DNA of 64,000 nt from Macrostomum lignano. Its lineage: Eukaryota. The notes beneath the pieces are model-generated. The model did no database searches, was not told the DNA's origin, and was given only the letters and a program-made list of their open reading frames with translations. Both the position numbers and the translations under genes were made by a program. The stretch is taken from NCBI GenBank assembly GCA_002269645.1, contig NIVC01002305.1, forward strand, positions 62,001 to 126,000, in the 5' to 3' direction. Below are positions 48,776 to 62,049 of the stretch, piece by piece. The stretch's first letter is position 1. Every line of letters starts with the position of its first letter.

Positions 48776-51360
48776 CTAGCCATTTAGCCCCCCGCTGGGG
48801 GGCATTAAAATAACACCGAGTGGTTTTTATTTTGGCCCAACAGTAAACCATTAATTTCCCTTTCTATTAATCAAAAATAACTTTTTCTCATTTTGAAAAA
48901 ATAAATTGCCATGAATCAAAACTTTCACCAGCAAAAAAGTTTCCTTCATCAGCCCAAAACCCTTTTTCAATCAGCAAATAGCTAGTGCTTATCCTTTCAA
49001 GCACAAACTCTTAGAGCATATCGTCATTGGCCTGGGCATATTCTGGTCCGCAGCAGGAGCTCAATATGCCAATCCCTGACGGCCTTTGACACCCCTCTTT
49101 ATTAGCCTAACTCAAAGAATCAAACCTTAAATAAAAACGCTGGTAGTTCCTATCAGCAGAATTCAGCATCACTTGTGTGTACTATTTCATTATCTGAATT
49201 AAATGAGCTACTTGAGCTGTACTACTTGACGATCTGACAATCGCTTAACAACCTAACCCCCTCCCCCCAAAAATTCAGCCATCCCCCATGAGCCTTGACA
49301 TCTCAGCAATTCCCCCAGTAGGCCTTGACATCTCAGAAATTCCCTCAGTAAGCATCGACATCGCAGCAATTAAACTCGAGCCTTGACATCTACGCAATTC
49401 TCTCAGGCCAGTAAGCCTTGACATCTACGCAATTCTCTCAGGCCAGTAAGCCTTGACATCTACGCAATTCTCTCAGGCCAGTAAGCCTTGACATCTACGC
49501 AATTCTCTCAGGCCAGTAAGCCTTGACATCTACGCAATTCTCCCAGGCCAGTAGGCCTTGACATCTCAGCAATTCCCCGAGTAGGCCTTGACATCTCAGC
49601 AATTCCCCGAGTAGGCCTTGACATCTCAGCAATTCCCCGAGTAAGCCTTGAAATGTCAGTAATTCCCACAGTAAGCCTTGAAATCTGAGAAATTCCCACA
49701 GTAAGCCTTGAAATCTCAGCAATTCCCCCAGTAAGCCTTGACATCTCAGCAATTACCCCAGTAAGCCTTGACATCTCAGCAATCCCCCGGTAAACCTTGA
49801 CATCTCAGCAATTCCTCTAAGAAGCCTTGACATCTCAAGAATTTTCCCAGTAAGCCTTGACATCTGAGCAATTCCCATGAGCCTTGAAATATCAGAAATT
49901 ACCCCAAAAAAGCCATGACATCTCAGCAATTCAACCAATAAGCCTTGAAATCTCAGCAATTCCTGAGATGTCTCCATAACAACCTGAAATTATCCCTTCC
50001 AATCCCAAAAACAGACTGCAGTCATACTCTAGCGGCCTAGAATTGTCCCGACAGCAAACAATAATTTACTCAGCAGTCCACAGTAGTCCACAGTTATCAC
50101 CTCAGCAGTTTGCAGCTATACGCTCATAAGTCTGGAGCAAAGATAAAAAGAGCAAAGAATATGGTCTGGAAAAGCTCCGTCTGCACATCTCACATCTTTA
50201 AATCTATGAAGTGATCCTCCAGACCAGACAATATGATCTATATGTCTGGAGGAACTACCTTAGCAGTTTGCAGTCTGTCCCCTTTGCAGTCTGCAATGAT
50301 TCTTTTGACAATCTGCAGTTCTTCTGTCGGCCGGCTCCTCAGTCTCCTGCTTAGCAAACTGCAATGATATTTTCAACAATAAAAATTTGCTAACAGTTTA
50401 GTACGACTCATTAATCAATTTTCGATACATATCGGCAGTTTTTTGCACAAATCAGCATTAAGCAATACCTTCATTCCTAAATAGCAAGCATCCCCCAAAA
50501 GAAAGCAATCGCAGCATCTCCCCCGTCAACCTTGTAATCTCAGCACTTCCCCCCATAAGCCTTTGAAACCTCAATTCGAGCGATTCTTCTAGTAAGCCAT
50601 GGCATATCGGCAATTCCCCATGGGCTTAAATTTCCCAGAAATTGCCCCAAAAAGCCATGACATCTCAGCAATTCCTGAGATATCCCCACAAAAACCTGAA
50701 ATTATCCCTTCTAATCCCACAAAACAGACTGCAGTCATTATCTTAGCAGCCTGGAGTTATCCCCTTGCAGTCTATAACTTTCATTAACATTAAGCACTTA
50801 TCCCCTCAGCAGCCTAGAACTGTCCCGTCAGCAAACCACAATAATCCACTCAGCAGTCCACAGTAATCCCCTAAACAACCTGCACTTAATTACTTAAACT
50901 GTACAGTTTTGAAACTGATGTCTTGTAGCTTTATAAGCATATTTCAAAAAATTTGATCTGTCTTAGTTGCTGGTTCATTGGGGACTATTATTCGCGCGAC
51001 TGAATACGTTTACACCAGCATTAAATATATACTCTTACCTCAACCTGTCTAAAATCTTAAATATGGGTTGCTTTGAAAGTTGTTAATTCAGCTATGCATC
51101 AGATATTATTTTATTGATTTTTTAATTTTTAGTACTCAACTTTAACGTCGCTATTGGTACCTAAAAATCCCGAATCCCGAATCCCTAATCTTAATTAATC
51201 CCTAATTCTTTAATCCCTATTTAAGAGTAAACAAATGTCTTTATTTTACCTGAACTACCTGATGTCTTTAAACTCCCCTTGAGCCACAGTATTTTAGCAA
51301 TTTCTCAATGACTCCTGACATATCTCAGCAATTCTTCCCGAAAGCCTTGACATCTCAACC
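48776..51360 (-). mobile_element. Helitron-like non-autonomous element (3' end at 48776) with the 30-bp minisatellite family (49280-49980; also ~50500-50690 and ~51300-51360)
   Basis: Perfect hairpin GCCCCCC-GCT-GGGGGGC (48787-48803), 7-nt spacer, then CTAG|T on the minus strand. The unit agccttgacatctcagcaattcccccagta resembles the reverse complement of the 10850-11050 unit. Internal duplication ~49890-50090 / ~50635-50870. 5' limit uncertain. Confidence 0.55.
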
Positions 51361-51579
51361 AGAAAAAGGATAAAATTTTCCAACATTTTTCGAACGCTCA
51401 CTATTGAAACCTACGACGTAAATTCGTGTTTACGTTACTGCTACTTGATACGGTTGTTAGTCGTTTGAAGTCTCGTGTTCCAACCACGTCAACTTGCTGC
51501 TCTAGTGAGGCCATCAGGTTTTGGCATTGTGAGATAATACGAGCGTAATTTGGTTTTGACCACCGCCAAGAACAACATC

Positions 51580-53435
51580 TTCCTCAGTCAGACAGGTCCT
51601 CTAAATCCAGCATCCTCGCGGACACCTCGCAGCATCCTCGCGTACATCAAGAACCAGCTATAGACCGCATCAGCAACTGCTGACGTTGCGGGATGGCCAC
51701 GCAGTCGGGCGGCTGCCATGATGCGTTGTCGGCGTCGGCAGGAAAGCTTGGACTGCACCGCGGAGCTGGGCGAGGAACTTGTCGTGGCCGTCGACAGGCT
51801 GGCCAGGCTGCAGGCACTCGCCAGGCACACAGAGGGGCGCTCCGTAGACCACAGCCTGGGCCGCATTCTTAAGCCCAAACTGCATTCGCAGGAACTCGAA
51901 GAGGCCGAACTGGGTGATGACGGCTGTCTTGGGCACATCGGCGGCGGCCATCGGCACCTGGTGGTAGCCACGCACCAGGTCGATCTTCGAGAAAACCGAG
52001 CACCCGGCCAGGCGCGCCGAGAAATCTTGGATGTGCGGCACCATGTAGCGGTCGGGGCACGGTGGCGTCGTTGAGTCGCTGAAAGTCGCCACCCGCCAGA
52101 GGCCTTGGGCACCATGTGCAGCGGCGAGGACCACGGGCTGTGGGAGCGGCGCACAATGCCGAGCTGTTCCAAGAGCCGGAACTCCTCCTTGGCCACCGCC
52201 AGCTTGTCCGGTGGCAGGCGGCGGGGGCGGGCGTGAACCGGCGGGCCGTTGGTCGGGATGTGGTGTTCCACACCGTGGCGAGGCTCTGCTATCTGAAAAC
52301 TGGGCTCAGTGAGGGTCGGGAATTCTGCCAGCAGCTGTCTGTACGGATCCGCAGCGGCGGCTGCGGTGAGCTGCAGTCCGGGCCCCGTGCTGCCTAGCAG
52401 ATGCACGCTGGCAAGCGATCGAGCGTCCATGAAGCCGCTGGTGCGGCAGGTCCACAAGCAGACCGTGGTAGCCAAGGAAGTCAGCGCCGATGAGCGGGCG
52501 GGAGACCTCGGCTAGGATGAACGGCCAGGAGCAGCGCCGGATTCCCAGGTCGAGCGTGAGCTGTCGCGTGCCGAAGGTGCGGATGGCGCTGCCGCTGCCG
52601 TTAGCCGCGTAGAGCGGCGGACCAGTGAGTGCAGGCGAGCATCGGTGCCGGTGACGGGTAAAATGCTCACCTCGGCGCCAGTGTCGACCAGGAAACGCCG
52701 GCCCGACTGGACGTCCGAAAAGAGGAGCAGGCTACTGTTGCTGCCGGCCGTCGAGCCGTTCACCGACGGCCGGCCTGGCCGTTTCCCTGGAAACTGCACG
52801 GAGGCTCACAGCGACGGGCCTTCGCCCCGAAACGGCGGTGGAAATGGCAGAGGCCGTCTTCCGAGCGTTGCCGCGGCTGCCGGTCCTGGTAGGGCTTGCG
52901 GTTGCTCTCGCTGAGGCCCGCGGTGGCCACCGACTGGGCATGCTGCTGGGCTGCGGGAACCACCGGCAGCTGCGCTGCTGCGCGTGGCTCGCTGAAGTCA
53001 GCGGTCGCCATGGCCATCCGGACATCGGCAGGCAGTTGCTGGCGGAACAACTCCTCGAAGATGAGGCAAGGCCGATGGTCTCCTAGCAAGGCCAGCATCT
53101 CATCCATTTAGTTCCGAAGGCAGTCGATCACCAAGTCCGGAGAGATTGAGCAGACGGCTGGCCCTCTGTTGCCCGGGTCTGGCCGAAAGTGCCGAGCAAC
53201 CATGTTTTCAGCGCGTTATACTTCTCTTATGTCGGCGGTGCCTCTGGTACGTCGAGAAGCCGTTCGGCTGTCTGCTGATCGAGCGCGGTGATAACACATG
53301 GCAATACTTGGTGTTATACAGACTTCGGCCTGTATAAACCAGGCCCTTAGGCTGGGAAGCCCAAAAGGTTGGCAGTTTAAGTGCGACGGCGGCTACGGCT
53401 GGGGCAGTCGGGCTCACCAATTTAGCGTCTCGCAA
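51580..53435 (-). mobile_element. Ty3/Gypsy LTR retrotransposon remnant, CsRn1/Kabuki-like clade, frameshifted and internally deleted
   Basis: PBS-like TGGTGAGCCCGA (53419-53408, near tRNA-Trp type). Gag LKLPTFW and CHCC knuckle CHFHRRFGAKARRCEPPC; protease FLVDTGAEVS; RT SPWSSPLHMVPK, FSKIDLVRGYHQ, FGLKNAAQ joined directly to the integrase-tail motif VYGAPLCVPGE. Matching LTR pair not found. Confidence 0.88.
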
Positions 53436-55329
53436 AATGAAAATGCGGCGAGAAGAACAGTGACAACAATTTCAAGGCCATTTTCATAAGGATCTTTTAT
53501 ACAGAGCGTGCATGGCGGAGGTGCGCGAGTGGCATGAGTCAACCCCCCGGCTTAGCGAGCCGGCGGGCGGTGCACCCACTCCCGGCTAGGCGGCCGAAGG
53601 TTAATTTAATTGAGTGCGAATGTACCGCAACGGCGCTGCGTCCCGGCCTGGCCGCCACAAGTCTTTATATACATGTACATGTATGGGCAAACAAACTCAG
53701 ACTGTTCACCAGACTCATTCAACATGCTAGATTGATGTTAAGCTGCAGTTGTTTTCTGATCACTCTGCTTTCAAACGATGTACATGTATTTACATGTAAT
53801 CTTTAGATGTCAAGTAATAATTGCGATCGGCTTCAGTGGTTCCAAATATTATATTTCGTTGTCAGTAATTCGAAGTCGCCGCAGCGACTGCGCGCATGCA
53901 GCGAGTTGACGCTATTCAGCGGGCTCGCCAAACTGCATAGACTTGTACAGGACATATAGTAGCAGCGCCTGTTGCACGGATCATCCGATCTGCAGCAGTG
54001 CAAGGTGGACGGCATGCCGCCAAAATGAGCCGAATACTCTTAGATGACTGCAGCATATGGCTGGCGGGCACCTGCTCCTTCATTATGTTGTAACTCATGC
54101 CGCACGGGCAGCGATCGTTCAGAATGCATGGCCTGAACACCATTTCAAACTGCCTCATATTCATTTCTCGTTGGTCGCTCTGCACTGGTAAGGAAATTAT
54201 ATTAGAAAGATTATCAGATCTGGCTAAGGAAACTGTACCAAAGTTTGGCGCTTTCAAAACTTAATTTCTAGGCCAGCTATATATAAGAATCGCCAAAGTT
54301 GCTAATTGGTTACCGCAGTCTCTGCCCCTGTCTCTGGTTGGTGCTCCTGTACTCCAAATGCAACAATCAACAAAGCGTACCTGAGAGTAGACGGTCACAA
54401 GAAGCATCGCAATGGCAAAACACGACCAAGCTGAGGTCGCATTTTCGGTTTCAAATTCAAAGTTTTCTTCAGCCAAGGGAGATGCTTAAATTCTTCAATG
54501 CTATAAAATTCCACATCTGAGCACACATCATTTCTATTTATGCTTTTTTGAGCACTACTATGAATGTTTGAAGAGAAAATTTCTGACGACCGATTTTTAC
54601 ACATCTGGGACGAGAATTGCTTCTAGAACGTTTTGATTATTGTGCACAGTTGAACTTAGAAAATTAGCCGATAGCCGCTAGACTGCAAGTCTGCGAAATT
54701 TGAACTGATCAGACATTTAAGCTATGGCAGTTAAAAGGCAGGAAGAACTTTGTTTTATAGCAAAATTGCCCGACCATTTGAAAGTGCAATCAATCTACAT
54801 GTACTTCAAGTAGCTCTCAAGTAACTCCTTCAAGTAGCTTCGTATATGCATTCAAATGTCAAATTTTTGCTTATGACGTCCAGTCGTACAATGATGCATT
54901 AACTGTGTTTCATCAGAATCTATAGCTATAAAATTTGCTCGAGCGTTAAGTAGACCAATTAGACAATTTAATTTCTATCTATCCATATATCTACATGTAC
55001 ATGTATACTTTAGATTAGTAGACAGCCGTTAGGGCCAATGAATTCTCTGCCTTACGGGTTCGTCGCTTGTTCAAACCTAACATTGTAGCGGTAGCCTCTT
55101 CAGCTTAGCTCTGATTGTAGGGCTGCCCTACAGTCGGTCGCAAGCAGTAGGCAGTAGCAGGATTGGGCCTGTTACTTCAGCGGCTCGACTGCACACACCC
55201 ACGTACTATTCGGCACCTCAACGCCGTAATGAAGCCGCTGGCAAGTCGGCGGTAAATATTTGCGTCTCATAGCAAACGATAGGACGATAGGGCGTTATGA
55301 GAATTTGCAACATGTTTTCCTTATCACCC

Positions 55330-55960
55330 TTGAGTGGCTATGTCAGTTTCAAGCAAAGTTTCTGAGGCGAAGGTGGCTTCGAAGACAAACCTCACAGTTC
55401 GGTGGACTCAGGACCACCACTAGCAGAGTGTCATCGATAACGTCTAGAGCCTCCTTGACGAGGACAGGTGAGTAACTGTTGCTGAAAAACATGTAGCAGA
55501 GGCCAGTGGTACCATGCAGTTATGTCAGCGCGCAGTCCATCCTGACAGCTCAGCTCGGAATGTTGAAAGTTTGTGCCAGATAGGTGCCAAAACTTTTGAC
55601 TGTAGAGATGCAGCACAATCGGATGCTGGCTTGTCAGCACCTGCTGCACCTGTTGTACATGTAGTAGTATCGCAAAGAGGAGTTTCTCGACTCAATCGTG
55701 ACGGGGGATGAGGAGGCGATGTTTTATTCACTGTAGGAGCCGGAGACCAAAGTTCGAATCATGCAGTTGAAAGCGTCCCGATGAGCCCACTCCGTGAATC
55801 GACGGTGTCTTTGAGGAAGAAGCGGACAGGCCACCATCTTGTGGGATAAGGGTGCTGTTGATCGAGTGGCTGCCTGAAGAGCGGACGTTAACGATTGACT
55901 CCTATTTTGTCACAATGCGCCAGCTGAAGGAGGTAATCGAGCTGGAGAAGATCGCGTATG
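55330..55960 (+). pseudogene. Degenerate mariner (Tc1/mariner) transposase fragment
   Basis: SAQSILTAQLGMLKVCAR*VPKLLT (WVPxxL motif with TAG at 55581), FLDSIVTGDE (55683-55712), ATILWD / LLIEWLP..T..SY..T.RQLKE; multiple stops and frameshifts. Confidence 0.85.
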
Positions 55961-56916
55961 TCACAACGTCACCAACGTCACAACGTCTTGACGTCACAAT
56001 TGTTATGAGGTCACAACGTCAAGTAATTTCGAAACACTTGCTTGCACAAAATGATTTCGCTATTCTCGCTCATTCGGTGTAATACGAGCTACTCGTATAT
56101 TGATAGAACTATCCCGCTGGAAAATATTTAGCAGCGACGACAGGTTGATGACGAAAAGATGACAAGTCTTCGCTGTCCGTCATCCTGCCATCGCTCGTCA
56201 CACTGTCGTTATCATTTGCCGTCTGGACCAATCAGAGGCCGCCAAGAAGCAGGCAGCATTGCGCCATACTTTGTTGACTTTAAGCAAGTAGCGCCGTGAG
56301 AGAATTTAGCACTTTTTAACGGACAGCATGTAAAACTTTGGTATTTTAAGAATGCTAGATAAATTTGGATACAAATTAGACAGATATTATCATAATATTT
56401 ACGGTTTAAACAGTAGAAACAGTCCGTTAACAAAATACATGTATTTCAGCCAGTATTGTAGCTAAAGCAGCCTAATGAATGATTCATGAAATACAGTAGA
56501 AAAGAGCAAAAAAACGACCAACAGCAAGCAGGATATATAAGTCGAAATTCGGGAAGCAATTAATATTTGTTTAATAACTTAACAGCCAGGCGGAAAAATT
56601 AACAATGCAATGAGCGTCAACAAACGACTTAACTTTTAAATGACGACTTGTAAGATTGACAATGAATTTTTCCCTGTCTATCTCTACCCAGAGACAAATT
56701 TTAAGAGCATGAAATCTTGCCGGGATGTTCAGTTAGTAACGTTTGCCAGGAGAAAATTGTCTCCCTGCAATAAGCATTTGGCACCGGTGCTTTGCAGTTG
56801 GCACCGGGCAACGTCGCAGAGAAGAGAAAGACTGGGGGAGAGGGAGAGAGGTAGAGAGAGAGAGAGGGGGGAAGAGAAGGGGAAGATGAGAGGTTATCTA
56901 ATTATCCAGAGCTTCC

Positions 56917-58110
56917 TTACTTCTGGGCGGACTGCGCTGCTTGCTCCTTGACTCCCTCCAGGTTGCCCTCCGTTCTCGGAACTTTCGGCTTCCTTGGGTA
57001 GCTCCTGCGTCTCCTAGCCATCTTGTCACGGTATGCTCGCAACGCTTTTCCCATTTTCTTAATGACATCCTCCTGGGTCAACGGCAGCCTCGATATGTGA
57101 ATCAGATAATTAACCAGCGTAAGCGCTCGCCTGCATGGCTTTGTTGAAAAGTCTTTATTCTGTTGAAGAATGGAAGATGTTGCGGCCGGCTCCAGCATCT
57201 CCTCATTGCTGAAGACAGCTGGGAGCGCAATCTTCAAAGCTTCTTGCAGCTTGCCGTCAACTAGCAGCTGAGCACACGATCGAAGCCGCAATATTGCCGG
57301 GAATGATGATATCGGCCGAAGCATCAGTTGGGACTGTCACACTGGTATTTGCACCCTGAGTCACAGGTACTCCGTCGGAACTCAGTTCGATGACCTGCAA
57401 CTGGGTTGAGTTCAGTAGATCTTCGTGATACACTGATACGAGCATCAATTCAGTGTCTTTAGGCTGATGCCGATCAGAACCAGCTGTTGAATGCAGCGAG
57501 TCTGTACCAACAGGAGCCGCCTGGGATGCATCGGAGATGCTCACGTTTGGTTGGAAGGTGTTGCTAGCAACCACTGTCTTAGCCTGCTCCCTCAGCTGCT
57601 TCATCAAGTCTGATCTCAACTTGTCGATGTCACCTCGAAGGGCAAGACGGTCCCCTCTCTCAGTTGCTTCGCATACACCAAATGCCCCACTTCCTTCTCC
57701 AACTGCTCAACTCTTTTCTGACTGTCAGCCAAAGCCTCTTCGAGGAGCAGGACTTGCTCCTGTGACTTACGAAGTTGACAACGCAGCTGCTTCGACTCCG
57801 TTTGTAAAGCAGCCAGCTTTCCAGCTTCCTTGGCATCCGCCACTTCTTCTAACAGCAACCGGATGGCAACCTCTACCCTGCAGGCAGTTCTCCGATCAAT
57901 TGGACCACACAGCACGCGTGCCGACATGTCCGGCTTAAATGTACCAAATGGTGCAGCTTTGATATAGGTGCCAAACCCCAATAAAATCGAGGTTGAATGT
58001 GCACCTGGCATGACAGTACTCTGCTGAGGCTGCACCTCTTGAATGCTGATGGCATCCACAACAGTTATCTTTTGTGACTTATAGTCTTGTACAACATAGT
58101 AGTTTGCCAT
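56917..58110 (-). pseudogene. Intronless coiled-coil + BEN-domain-like gene with two apparent frameshifts
   Basis: Overlapping ORFs 57616-58110, 57257-57619 and 56917-57324. Coiled coil LQTESKQLRCQL..VEQLEKEV; C-terminal ALPAVFSNEEML...RRALTLVNYL...VIKKMGKALRAYR resembles the BEN consensus. Confidence 0.5.
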
Positions 58111-59062
58111 GTTTCTGGAATGAAGCAGAATATACCAACCTCTGATTTTCTATAGTCAACCAATAAGGCCAAAAGTACAAATGCAAAAATAGAGCCCCAA
58201 TTTGAGTAGCTAGCTATTTATGAGTGCTATTCATATATAAGAATAATATGCAAAAAGAAATATAACAAAAGAAAAAATTGTATAAAATGACATTGAAAAG
58301 CAACTAATAACAAAAGCTAATAAAAATATGGAAGAGCATAAAAGCCTTAGGCATAATATTAAACATGTTTACTTTGTCTGTTTTCTACTTTGTCATTTTC
58401 TATAACCCCTACCTTGCTCCCAGCCAGCTACCAGCTATGCCTATGGCCATTTTGCTACCTTGGTATTATTCTTTAAGCTTATCTATTAGGATTATTGTCA
58501 TACATGCGCAACCTCTAAAATTCGGTCGTCCGTGAGACTTAGTTTTAACAAAAATGTGACATAGTTTTGGGCCAAATATGCGACTTACATGTAAAAGAAA
58601 CCTTACAGCAAAAAACGCAACTTTGGGTAAACGGCACGAGTAACTATAACTGTTTTATTAAGGCAAAATGTCTCGTTATCTACTTAGGGTATTTATTTGG
58701 TTGGGCATTTTTGCAACTTACCTTGGTTGGCTACCAAATTGGTTGGCCAGATTTGCCCACTCAGCCGACTGTTTTGCATGTATGATTATTGTCTTTTTAG
58801 AAATTTTAGGTAGGTTAATTTTTTTTTCAAATTGTCTCCTCAAATAGTAATATATTTTCTATATAATATACATTCTTTATTTACCTATTCCTATTACCTA
58901 TGGTAAGGTTGACAGTGGAGAGGCTGAGAATAGAGGTTGAGAGTAGATAGAGGCTGAGAGTAGAGAGGTTCAGAGTAGAGAGGCTAGTTCACGTTGTTCT
59001 CAATCCCATTCCACGATACATGTAGTTTTTATCTAATGTGACTAAGCCAAGTGCTTTTAGTG

Positions 59063-59826
59063 CAGGGGTTGGCAAACTTTTTACCTCGATTGAGAACCCA
59101 GCTCATGACTGCCCTTCTAGTCCGCTTCGCTGGCCCCCAAAGCGAAGCGAGGAGTCCTGATGACAGCGGGCCAGAGGTGAGGAGAGAGGGTAAGGAATAG
59201 AGAAGAGAAATACAAGCATAGGATAAAGGAGAGGCGAAGGAATAAAGGAGAAGAGAGTTGATGAGAGGAGAGATTAAATACGAGCGGAGAGAGAGAAGAA
59301 GGGAGATTAATGGAGAGGAGAAAGGAGGAAAGGGAGAAGAGAATGAAGAGGAAAAGGGAGATGAGAGCAAAGAGGTGAGAAGAGTGGAGAGGATAGAGAT
59401 GACGAGAGAGGAGAGGAGAGAGGTGAGGGCAGAGATGAGAGAGGAGAGGGCAAAGATGAGAGAAAGAAAAGATATGAGGAGAGGGCAGACATGAGAAAGA
59501 AAAGATGAGAGAAGAGGGCAGACATGAGAGAGAGAATAGATGAGAGAGAGGGCAAGAGATGAGAGGAGAGGGCAGAGATGAGAGAGAGAAAGATGATACA
59601 GGAGAGGGCAGAGATGAGAGAGAAAAGAGAGAAGAGGGCAGACATGAGAGAGAATAGATGAGAGAGAAGAGGGCAAGACATGAGAGAGGAGAGGGCAGAG
59701 ATGAGAGAGAGAAAGAAAAGATTAGAGACGAGAGGGCGGAGATGACAGAGAAAAGATAAGAGACGAGAGTGCAGATGAGAGAAAAGATCAGAGATAAGAG
59801 GGCACTCCAATTTTGCTTACTTCTAT
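59063..59826 (+). mobile_element. hAT-like non-autonomous element with an internal GA-rich tract
   Basis: Starts CAGGGGTTGGCAAACTTTTT; gagaacccagctcatg matches aagaatccagctcatgg at ~7166; ends ccaattttgcttacttcta. Confidence 0.5.
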
Positions 59827-60757
59827 CATAACTAATACCTTTAACCTCTACCTTTAACTTTTAACATATACAAACAACACGTCAGTTTTAGTATATTGAA
59901 AAATTGGTGAAGAATTGCAATCTCTAGAGCGTTATGGACATTCAAGCATACAAACCTTAGAGATTTAGTATATTTAGAAGATAGGTTTGAAACTATTATC
60001 CATGATACAAAAATCAAATGTCTTGTGCTAGTAGTGCTACTAGCTTTAGTACCTGCTGTAAAGGGAAGTGTTTTTGTTTTACTTAGTCTAATTTCACTAA
60101 CGAAATCTGTCTTCTCCGAGACTTGAAGCTAGGTCATACCCCACCCCAATCACAGCCAATAGGAAATGAGGAAATATATAGACCTATTCCTATCCAAGCA
60201 GCCATTCAGAGCTGTGGCCATCTTAGTGTGTGGCCATCTTGGTCATGCGCCGTTGCCAATTGTTTTAAGATAGTCCTAGTAGGCCCTAATCATCATGAAG
60301 ATAAAGCCTAGTATATAGTAGCTATACACCACGCGAGTGCCGAGTAGTATGGATAATCATGGATGCATTATAGCAGCAAAAGCAATACTATGATTGTGGA
60401 TGTAAAGCTCAACGTGAATGATCATGAAAGACATGGATAGCTGTGAATATTCTAGGTGAAATATGCCTGGGAATATATATAAACCATGGATTTTCAGGGA
60501 TAAATCATGCATGGGACTGGGAGATTTCAAGGATTCATAGATGATTCGTCCATCCATTACAGTCACATATAGCAGGTACAGCCCTGAAAGAGAACTGATA
60601 GTAGTAGTAGTAAGAATTAGGATTGCAATTAGCCTGTTTGGCCAATATAGGGCAATGTATTTAGAAAAATTTTCGAAATAAAAGTTTGTTAATACGATTT
60701 GGTTATTGTAAAAGATCAATGGGTCTATAGGCCAAATGATTATCTTGATCAGATCAC

Positions 60758-61046
60758 CTAGAGGCTCTTCATATTGCTTGTTCTGTTTCTAGAACCAGAA
60801 CCAATTTGTAAAGTATAACTTTTTGTCTCCTAAACTAGAGCAGAGGGATATTAGTGCTTTAAAATTGTGATTATTGAATGGCAATAGCCAATAAGAAAGT
60901 GAAAATTTGTGCAAATTGAGGCTGTTAAGGCAGTCAAACATTCAACAAAGTTAAGAAGAAAAAAGCAAGAAAGCTTTTTTTCTTGGCAATCCGAACCGAT
61001 TCTGGTTCTGGAATCGACTGCTGCACCTGTATGAAGAGGCTCCTAT
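60758..61046. mobile_element. Putative ~290-bp MITE with imperfect TIRs
   Basis: Left gaggctcttcata...agaaccagaa vs right ttctggttctgg...tatgaagaggctcc (inverted). Confidence 0.4.
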
Positions 61047-62049
61047 AGTAATTTTTAATCTTCCATTTTGAGCCATATTTTCGATATCGTAAAACCACTG
61101 TAGGGAAATTCAGATTTTTAAACTAACCTTGTTTTCTGCTTTTGAAGCAAAAATCCTTTTCTTACTTTTTTCACATATTTAAATACAAGTTTTGTTTTTA
61201 ATTCAAAGTAAACGATGTTTCAATTTCTTAGAAAGAAAGAAATCCAAATACGTCATCAAATACTTGAGACCTGTTTTGATTTGGAATGCCTGACTGACTT
61301 GAGTTTAAGCTGAGACGAAGTAAGCGTTGATAGGTTTCTTTGTTTCTTTCTGAAATTTTCGTGCCTGAAAATCTAAAATCTATTTCCTCGATTTTCACGA
61401 AATTTTGTTGGTGTTAGGCCTACAACTGTGTCTGCTTTGGAAATCGAAGGAATCTGAATTTTATTTTTACAGTAACTGAGTTAGATTCAATACATATTTT
61501 CTTATCGTAAAAACCGTCGGACTATAGGCCCTAGCTATGGGAAATGAAAATACCAAACTAAACTATCGGAAAGCTGTTATTCAGCTTACCACTAGGACTC
61601 AGGTAAGCAGGTTGTTTCTTCAATTGGCAATACCATACTCGTACGGCGCGCCACTCGTACATGCATAGTCGTAGAAAAGAGTATTTATAGTATTGATATT
61701 TATTCCCTTATAAAAAGTGATGTATCTTTAAAAATAATTAAATTAGTTTATATGTAGTTTAGAACTCTCCAAAAGATTTTTAAATTGATCAATATATATA
61801 GTATTAATGTATTATTATATTACAAAAATTCAAAATAAAGCTATTTGTAGATTATTTATACTAATAGTTGATTTATTTTGTTGAGTTAAATTGAGTTGTT
61901 TTGGTAACAAGACATTTCAGTTGCACTCATTTTGGTGACAAGCAAAAGTCATTTTGGTTGCAAGAAAAATACCTTTTGGTGGTGATAGCCATTTGTTTTT
62001 AAATAGTAAATTACTTTGCTAATTTTTAGTGTTCTGCTAGGGTCCATGG

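Noticed and set aside
60357-60719. 120-aa minus-strand ORF with a hydrophobic stretch
   Set aside because: TTG start, AT-rich, no motif or splice support.
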